Positions 58,330 through 64,000 of a stretch of 64,000 bases of DNA are shown here, one piece after another. A model generated the notes under the pieces. It was not told the DNA's origin. It was given only the letters and a program-made list of their open reading frames with translations, and made no database searches. Each line of letters begins with the position of its first letter. Position 1 is the stretch's first letter. The translations under genes and the position numbers were made by a program. Origin of the DNA: an uncultured Verrucomicrobiota bacterium (GTDB lineage Bacteria; Verrucomicrobiota; Verrucomicrobiia; Limisphaerales; CAIQOK01); contig CAIQOK010000158.1 in the NCBI GenBank assembly GCA_903873415.1, forward strand, positions 52,460 through 116,459, read 5' to 3'.

Positions 58330-58528
58330 AATTCAAAAAACCACAGGCCATTCCATCTCCGGCAACTCACCGAGCAATAGCACCCGCCTCACGCTCAGAC
58401 TCTTGGATTGTGACACTCCCTTTCAGGCGGCAGTCCAACTCTGCCAGAATAAGAACATCTTGTCTCTCAGTTAAACCACGCAAGCCTTGGCCGCTAAAAA
58501 AGCCCTCTCCATTTGAAAACAGCCCGGC

Positions 58529-59185
58529 TTAAAACCAGTTGAACCGTTCCCGGATATAAACAATGTCCGAAGGCTGCAGATAAAAATTAGACTCGTCGCC
58601 ACCCTCCAAAACCCGCTTCAAATCCAGCGGATAGTGCGCCATTTTGCCGTTCAGATTGCGGATGACGGTCACCCGCTTCAGATCGGCCCGGCTCTGATCG
58701 AAACCGCCCGCCTTCATGATTGCCTCCAGGCAGCTTAATGGACGGTCCGACATCACTTCCCCCGGACGCATCACCGCCCCGGTGACGAACACCGAAAACG
58801 CCGCGGCTTCAATATTCACCCGCACCTGCCCGGAGACGAGCTGATCCTTGTAAAGCAGCTGCAGCTCCTCCTCGATTTCCCCCGGGGTTTTCCCCGAGAC
58901 CCGCACCTCTCCGACCAGCGGGAGATTGACTTTCCCGTCACGCTGGATTTTATGGGAAGCGGAGAGGTTCGGCGCCCCCGGAAAACCCACCTTGATCGTA
59001 TCCCCCTCACGCAAGCGCAACGGCCCGCCCGTCTGTGCCGGGACCTGCCCCGCCACACCCGGGGGCCGGGTATCCGCGCAGCCGGCCAGCAAAAGCGGGC
59101 CGAGGCAAAGGCAGAAAAAAAACCGCCAAAAGCGCGGGGCGTTTGGAGGCAAAAGCGCAACAGACTGCATATTTGGTATTCTCAT
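58529..59185 (-). CDS. Polysaccharide export lipoprotein (Wza-like; Poly_export plus SLBB domains)
   Basis: Lipobox LLAGC. LREGDTIKVGFPGAPNLS...IQRDGKVNLPLVGEVRVSGKTPGEIEEEL is the Poly_export signature. An alternative ATG is at 59170. Confidence 0.85.
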   Translation of the reverse strand: MRIPNMQSVALLPPNAPRFWRFFFCLCLGPLLLAGCADTRPPGVAGQVPAQTGGPLRLREGDTIKVGFPGAPNLSASHKIQRDGKVNLPLVGEVRVSGKTPGEIEEELQLLYKDQLVSGQVRVNIEAAAFSVFVTGAVMRPGEVMSDRPLSCLEAIMKAGGFDQSRADLKRVTVIRNLNGKMAHYPLDLKRVLEGGDESNFYLQPSDIVYIRERFNWF

Positions 59186-59221
59186 GGATTGTTTTAAATG
59201 GATTGACTCGCACCGGTTTGA

Positions 59222-59890
59222 TTATTTGTTCATAGTCCACTGGATCGCCCTCTGCAAAAGATCGGCGCCGTTGACCAATCCCAACTTGCTCCTGATCCGG
59301 GCGCAATAGGTTTCCACAGTGCTGACATCCAGCGACATCGCCCCGGCAATCTGCTGGAGATTTCGCCCCAGGCCAACCATCTCAAACACCTGGCGCTCGC
59401 GCGAGGACAACTGGTGGATATCGTCGATGCCGAGGCCGGCGCAGGGGTCCGATGAGGAGGCGGGGAAGTTTGAAACGGCCCGCTCGCTAAGATAAATCCC
59501 CCCTTCGAGCACCTTATGCACCGCCTCCATGATTTTGGAGGGCGGCTCGATTTTGGAGACATACCCCCGCGCACCGGCCCGGACCACCCGTTCCGCCGTC
59601 ACTTGTTCGTCCTGCATCGAAACCACCAGAATCAAGATCTCCGGGTAGGCGAGCAGAAGGTCCCTGAAAAACTCCATGCCGTCCGAGTTGCGCAGCCGCA
59701 AATCCACCAGCACAAGATCAGGCCTGACCCGGGCAATCGCTTCCAAGGCCTCCTCCCGATCGGCCGCTTGGCCGCAAACTTCCAAGCCGGCTTCATTTAG
59801 CAATGCGCCGCTCAGCGCCTCGCGAACCAATGCGTGGTCATCCACGATGAAGACACGGTTCAACTTTTTGGGATTTGCGGATTTAGACAT
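59222..59890 (-). CDS. Two-component response regulator, NarL/FixJ (LuxR HTH) family
   Basis: Receiver domain VFIVDDHALVRE...DLVLVDLRL. HTH region LSSRERQVFEMVGLGRNLQQIAGAMSLDVSTVETYCARIRSKLGL. Confidence 0.9.
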   Translation of the reverse strand: MSKSANPKKLNRVFIVDDHALVREALSGALLNEAGLEVCGQAADREEALEAIARVRPDLVLVDLRLRNSDGMEFFRDLLLAYPEILILVVSMQDEQVTAERVVRAGARGYVSKIEPPSKIMEAVHKVLEGGIYLSERAVSNFPASSSDPCAGLGIDDIHQLSSRERQVFEMVGLGRNLQQIAGAMSLDVSTVETYCARIRSKLGLVNGADLLQRAIQWTMNK

Positions 59891-59961
59891 TTCAACTCAC
59901 TCCTCACTACAAAAAACATTTTATAACAACTCATCCGCCCAATGCAAGCACTAATCGCGGA

Positions 59962-61314
59962 CTAATCGGGACGAGTCATTTCATAAAAATCACCCCCCGA
60001 ACTCCGGTCCGCCCCCCGCAACCCGGCCTCAAGCAGCCCGGAAGCAGACGGCTCTTGAGGCATTGGAAAAAAACGTTCCCGCAAGGCCCGCCTCGACAAT
60101 TTCCCGCGTGGATTGGGCGCCAGCTTTTCAACAAACCTCCACTCGCGCGGCACCTGCCACGCTGGCAACCGCGCCTGCAGATAAGCCCGGATCTCCCGCC
60201 CGTTTCCCGCCGGCCCCAGCACCACACAGGCCGCAACCCACTCACCCCGCGCGGCATCCCCGCTGGGCACCCCGAAGACCACGCACTCCCGCACCGATGG
60301 ATGTCCAAGCAGGACGCGCTCAACAGTTTCCGGCGAAACTTTCCGGCCGGCCACATTGATTTGGTCCCCCACCCTGCCCTGAAGATAAACCAACCCCTCC
60401 GTCAGAGCCGCCAGATCACCCGTCTCAAAAACCCCCGGACGCAAGGCCGCGCACGGCTGCGGCCAGCCTCCCTGCCCCACCGCCGCGCTGTGGACTTCCA
60501 GGCACCCTGTCTCCCCCACCTTGCAACTCACCCCACGCAGCGGAGCGCCGGCACAGCTTTCGTCCCGACGCGGAGTCTGCCCCGCGTCGAAAGCGATGCC
60601 GCCGCATTCGCTGCTGCCGTAAAAATTGTGGATTTTCAAACCGCACCGCTCAAACACCGCCAGCTCCAGCGCAAGGGGTAGAGGCGCAGCCGCCGAAACC
60701 GCCAGCCGCACATTGCCCGGAATCACCCCCGCCTCCAGCCACGCCCGCCAGAGCGCCGGCACCGCAGCCAACGTGATCTCGCGCTGTGTCCAGGCCACCC
60801 GCCGCAATGACTCTGGCAATGCGGAATCGGCCATAATAAGCGGCACTCCATGGAGCAGCAGCGGCAGAACCAGATTCGAAAAACCATAGGAATGCGCCAG
60901 CGAAACCACCCCGACATTCGGCCAGTCCGCGCGCAGCCCCATTGTTGAAACAATATTGTCCGCATCAGCCGCAAGCTGGGCGCCGGTAAAAGCAATCCTG
61001 CGCGCCTGACCTCCCGTGCCCGAGGTGGTTTTCAAATGCACAATTCCGGCGGGTAACGGCTCCTCCATCCGCGGTGGACTCTGACCCGGTTCCAAGGGGC
61101 AAACAATGCGGCCTGTGCGCCAGGCGCGCAGCACATCGACCACAAACGCCGCCGAACCCGCTTGTGGACAAACCATGGCCTCAGACCCGCCTCCCCCCCC
61201 GGCACCCGCCGCAGCCAGCTCACCAAAGGTCCAATCCCTTCCGCCGGCCCCTTCGCGCAGCGCCAGGGCCCCGGGTCGTTCGCGGGCCGTCCGGCACCAG
61301 CGTTGGTAAAGCAT
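59962..61314 (-). CDS. AMP-dependent synthetase/ligase (adenylate-forming enzyme)
   Basis: TSGTGGQARRI (AMP-binding motif), YGSSECGG, TGDL, and a C-terminal PRGKLSRRAL. Confidence 0.85.
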   Translation of the reverse strand: MLYQRWCRTARERPGALALREGAGGRDWTFGELAAAGAGGGGGSEAMVCPQAGSAAFVVDVLRAWRTGRIVCPLEPGQSPPRMEEPLPAGIVHLKTTSGTGGQARRIAFTGAQLAADADNIVSTMGLRADWPNVGVVSLAHSYGFSNLVLPLLLHGVPLIMADSALPESLRRVAWTQREITLAAVPALWRAWLEAGVIPGNVRLAVSAAAPLPLALELAVFERCGLKIHNFYGSSECGGIAFDAGQTPRRDESCAGAPLRGVSCKVGETGCLEVHSAAVGQGGWPQPCAALRPGVFETGDLAALTEGLVYLQGRVGDQINVAGRKVSPETVERVLLGHPSVRECVVFGVPSGDAARGEWVAACVVLGPAGNGREIRAYLQARLPAWQVPREWRFVEKLAPNPRGKLSRRALRERFFPMPQEPSASGLLEAGLRGADRSSGGDFYEMTRPD

Positions 61315-61358
61315 TGCCTCTTACCTAGCCCACGCATAGCTTGGCGCGCAAGCTTGAT

Positions 61359-62174
61359 ATGCAGAACCTCTCTCCCCATCTCCGCCAATTAGTGGCGTGG
61401 TTCGCCCCGCTCCTCCTGCTGGCGCTGCTGGCCTGTGGCTGCGCCACCTCAGGCCGCTTCACCGCAAAGCGCCCCTTCGATTTTCACATGGACACCTTTG
61501 CCTTTGCCAACGGCCTCAAATGGGATTATCAAGCCGATGCCAAAGGCCGTTGGACCCACCATCTCCAGAAACCTGCCCCGGACTACACCCTGCACTGCTT
61601 CGTCCTGGCCCGATCGGCCCGCCAGTTTTTCCAGAATGCCCGCTTCAACCCCTCCCTGCCCCGAACCAACCAGAACTCCTACGCCGCGGAAATCAGGCAG
61701 GTGACGGCCATTGATCCTTCACACCCGCTGCCGGAGGACAGGAGAATCGTCATCCCGGGTTACGCCAACCTGCGCCAATTCAGCGCCGCACAAGAGCCCC
61801 TGCTCAAGGCGCAATGCGGCGGGGCATGGCAAAGCTATTTACAACGGGGCAATTGGCGCATGGTCTTCCCCCTGACCCGGCGGCATCAGGAAAAACTGGC
61901 GGCGCAACTGATTGAAGACGTGACAAACCATTGCCCCCCGGTCGTTCATCTGCTGCGCTTTCCCCAGTTAACCCTCAACCACGCCGTCCTGGTCATCGCC
62001 GCCACCCAAACGGAACAGGAAATCCTCTTTTCAATCTATGATCCCAATCAGCCGGACGCGCCGGAAACGCTCCGCTTCGACCGCGCCTCCCGCACCTTCA
62101 CCCTGCCGGCCAACCGCTATTGGCCGGGCGGAAGGGTGGACGTTTACGGGATTTACCGGGACCTCTGGCACTGA
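61359..62174 (+). CDS. Lipoprotein of unknown function, with a possible papain-like Cys/His/Asp arrangement
   Basis: ATG at 61359. Signal plus lipobox LLLALLACGC. Candidate triad context: YTLHCFVLARSA ... LNHAVLVIA ... IYDPN. No family recognised with confidence. Confidence 0.65.
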   Translation: MQNLSPHLRQLVAWFAPLLLLALLACGCATSGRFTAKRPFDFHMDTFAFANGLKWDYQADAKGRWTHHLQKPAPDYTLHCFVLARSARQFFQNARFNPSLPRTNQNSYAAEIRQVTAIDPSHPLPEDRRIVIPGYANLRQFSAAQEPLLKAQCGGAWQSYLQRGNWRMVFPLTRRHQEKLAAQLIEDVTNHCPPVVHLLRFPQLTLNHAVLVIAATQTEQEILFSIYDPNQPDAPETLRFDRASRTFTLPANRYWPGGRVDVYGIYRDLWH

Positions 62175-62205
62175 AATCAGGATACCTCCCCGGTTTGCAA
62201 GGCTT

Positions 62206-62589
62206 TCAAAGCGCTTCCCGACCCGAATAGCCCGAGTCCAAATCATGCCAGAAGCCGATATCCGCCTCGCTCTTCTCCCAGCAGAGTAAGACCTCCCGGC
62301 CGTTGATCAGCGCCGGAAAATCCAGCAACCCACGCTCCAGATCTTTAATCTGGATCTGGCGCTGTTGGAATTCCATGAGCAGGCAGCCCGTTTCCACCAA
62401 AGCGCGCACCCAGGCATTGACCAGACGGCCCCCCGTGTCGCAGCCGGGCTGCGTGGCGTAGCCCAGCTTGCGCTCGCAGCGCGTCAGTTTGTGCCGGCTT
62501 TCCTGCAACAACTCGAGCCAGCGCCGCACCCGGGGCAGCAGGGCGCGCGCCTCCTCCAGCGTGTAATGTTTGGTGAATTGATACGGCAT
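62206..62589 (-). CDS. DUF2203-like small protein
   Basis: ATG at 62589 gives MPYQFTKHYTLEEARALLPRVRRWLELL, the usual opening of DUF2203 proteins. The track ORF start at 62736 is an over-extension. Confidence 0.65.
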   Translation of the reverse strand: MPYQFTKHYTLEEARALLPRVRRWLELLQESRHKLTRCERKLGYATQPGCDTGGRLVNAWVRALVETGCLLMEFQQRQIQIKDLERGLLDFPALINGREVLLCWEKSEADIGFWHDLDSGYSGREAL

Positions 62590-62617
62590 CCGATAATGGG
62601 CTGAGCCACGGCCTGCT

Positions 62618-64000
62618 TCAGCGTTGTAGGTTAGGCGGCCGGGCTTCGATTTTCTTACGGACCTTGTCGGAAGGTTCCAGAGCCAGCGACTTGCGCCAGG
62701 CTTCGCATGCCTTCTTTTCATCCCCCAGCGCCGCATACACTTCGCCCAAGTGATCCCAAACCGAACCGTCCTCTTCCGCCTCGGCGAATTGAACGGCCTT
62801 GAGCAAATATTTCAACGCCGGCCGGGGCTCATTAAGTTTGAACAGCACCCAGCCCATGCTATCGAGATAGGCCATGTTCTTGGGCTCGCCCCTCAGCGCC
62901 TGTTCAATGAGATTGCGCGCCCGCTGCAGATTCCGGCCCCGATCGGCCCACATATAGCCCAGATAATTCTTTGCCTCGTTGAAACCAGGGGCCAATTCCA
63001 AGCAATGCTCCAAGTGCTTCTCCGCCTCGGCATATTGCCCCGCCCGCTCACACGCCGCTCCGAATTGAAAGTAAAAGAAGCCGTCCAGCCGGTTGGTCGA
63101 CCGCGCCCGAGCGATCACCTCGGCCGCCGTGAAAGCGGCCAAACCGTTGGTGTAGTCTTTCTGCCCCACCCACGCCGTTGCGCTGAGATATTCCAGAAGA
63201 AAACCCGTCTTGAACTTGGTGCGCGCCTGCCCCAAAACCGCCAGCGCCTCGCGCCCTTGGTTCGCCCCCAGTCGCGCGGCAGCCAGATCGTAATACGCCG
63301 GCTCAAAATCGGGTTGCAAGAGAATGATTTTTGAGTAAAACCCCTCCGCCTCGGCAAACTTCTTCTCACCGTAGGCTATCCCCCCCAGCAAGTAATAGGT
63401 CTGCGCATCGGTGGGATTCTCCCGCAACATCTCCTCGAGCAAGGGCGCCGCCTGCTTGGGATCGCGCCCCCGGAGATAAAGATTGGCCAGCCTTTCGCGG
63501 ACGTGATTGCGCAGAAGAGGCCCCTCGGGGAGATCTTTCAACAGTACTTGATAGATGGGGGCCGCATCCTCGTCTTTTCCCAGCGCAAACAAACCATCCG
63601 CCAACCGGATTCGTAACTGGGGATCGGGAGTTCCCAACCTGAAAGCGCGGTGGAAAACTTGGGCGGCCCGACCCCGGGCGACCGCACGACACTCCGGCAC
63701 CTGCGCCCCCAAACTAACAAACAGCTCACCCAAGCCCACCAGAAAATCCGGATCGGTGCCGGAAACCTTGAAGGCTTCCTCCAACACCGCCGGCACGCGG
63801 CCGCCCTGCTTGGATTGAAAGTAATTGAGCGAAAGGCTCTGGTAGCCGGACAGGGCCCGGGGATCGCGTTGGATGGCCTTGCGACTGGTGTCAATGGCCG
63901 GCTGCGTTTTTCCTAGCTGTCCGTAGGCCCAGCCCAAGCGCGAAAAGAGTATGGCTGATGCCTTGGGGCTGGCAGCAAAACGCTCAAGCACACCCGCGGC
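62618..64000 (-). CDS. TPR-repeat protein (5' end outside the window)
   Basis: The reading frame is open to the window edge. Many 34-aa TPR units (AEKHLEHCLELAPGFNEAKNYLGYMWA, etc.). Confidence 0.8.
   Translation of the reverse strand, partial: AAGVLERFAASPKASAILFSRLGWAYGQLGKTQPAIDTSRKAIQRDPRALSGYQSLSLNYFQSKQGGRVPAVLEEAFKVSGTDPDFLVGLGELFVSLGAQVPECRAVARGRAAQVFHRAFRLGTPDPQLRIRLADGLFALGKDEDAAPIYQVLLKDLPEGPLLRNHVRERLANLYLRGRDPKQAAPLLEEMLRENPTDAQTYYLLGGIAYGEKKFAEAEGFYSKIILLQPDFEPAYYDLAAARLGANQGREALAVLGQARTKFKTGFLLEYLSATAWVGQKDYTNGLAAFTAAEVIARARSTNRLDGFFYFQFGAACERAGQYAEAEKHLEHCLELAPGFNEAKNYLGYMWADRGRNLQRARNLIEQALRGEPKNMAYLDSMGWVLFKLNEPRPALKYLLKAVQFAEAEEDGSVWDHLGEVYAALGDEKKACEAWRKSLALEPSDKVRKKIEARPPNLQR

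Noticed and set aside
58429-58446. Sigma-54-like TGGCAG...TGC on the minus strand upstream of the NusG paralog
   Set aside because: The GG-to-GC spacing is 2 nt longer than the -24/-12 consensus, and no enhancer-binding protein is nearby.

Overview
High-GC (roughly 60-65% G+C by eye) bacterial chromosomal window that is almost entirely coding. The lineage is probably Verrucomicrobiota-like; this is an inference from a VPDSG-CTERM sorting signal, a bacterial GDP-mannose 3,5-epimerase and a multiheme-cytochrome/TPR fusion. Left part (1-28.2 kb) holds mixed housekeeping and metabolism: a GalU-like gene plus a 1106-aa kinase-like/UDPGP-like fusion; ThuA-like; secreted beta-propeller; octaheme cytochrome c-TPR; GME; a nitroreductase-pirin-small membrane protein-YceI run; GlcF-like; Eda; lipA-grx-gcvH-gcvT; mqnA; FNR-like reductase; DksA-like-rpmG-rpsR; YlbF-like; then a small CAZyme patch (GH29 fucosidase, a decayed ORF, an esterase-GH2 fusion). 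Right part (28.7-59.2 kb) is one ~30-kb, ~24-gene, single-strand exopolysaccharide locus headed by a Wza-like lipoprotein and a NusG paralog. It carries the accessory gene set normally found around exosortases and an embedded VPDSG-CTERM cargo gene, but no exosortase. It also has a Wzc-like protein lacking the Walker-A lysine and a low-GC insert (beta-helix protein plus Wzy). Upstream of the locus lie a LuxR-type response regulator, an AMP-ligase, a lipoprotein, a DUF2203-like gene and a TPR gene that runs off the window. I saw no tRNA, rRNA, CRISPR array, transposase or integrase. Two copies of a ~160-200 nt structured intergenic repeat occur (5.4 kb and 28.5 kb). Many long ORFs in the supplied track are GC-driven antisense shadows or N-terminal over-extensions, and I corrected starts where an internal ATG fits the family N-terminus and the neighbouring gene boundary. 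All family calls come from motif recognition by eye; no searches were run.
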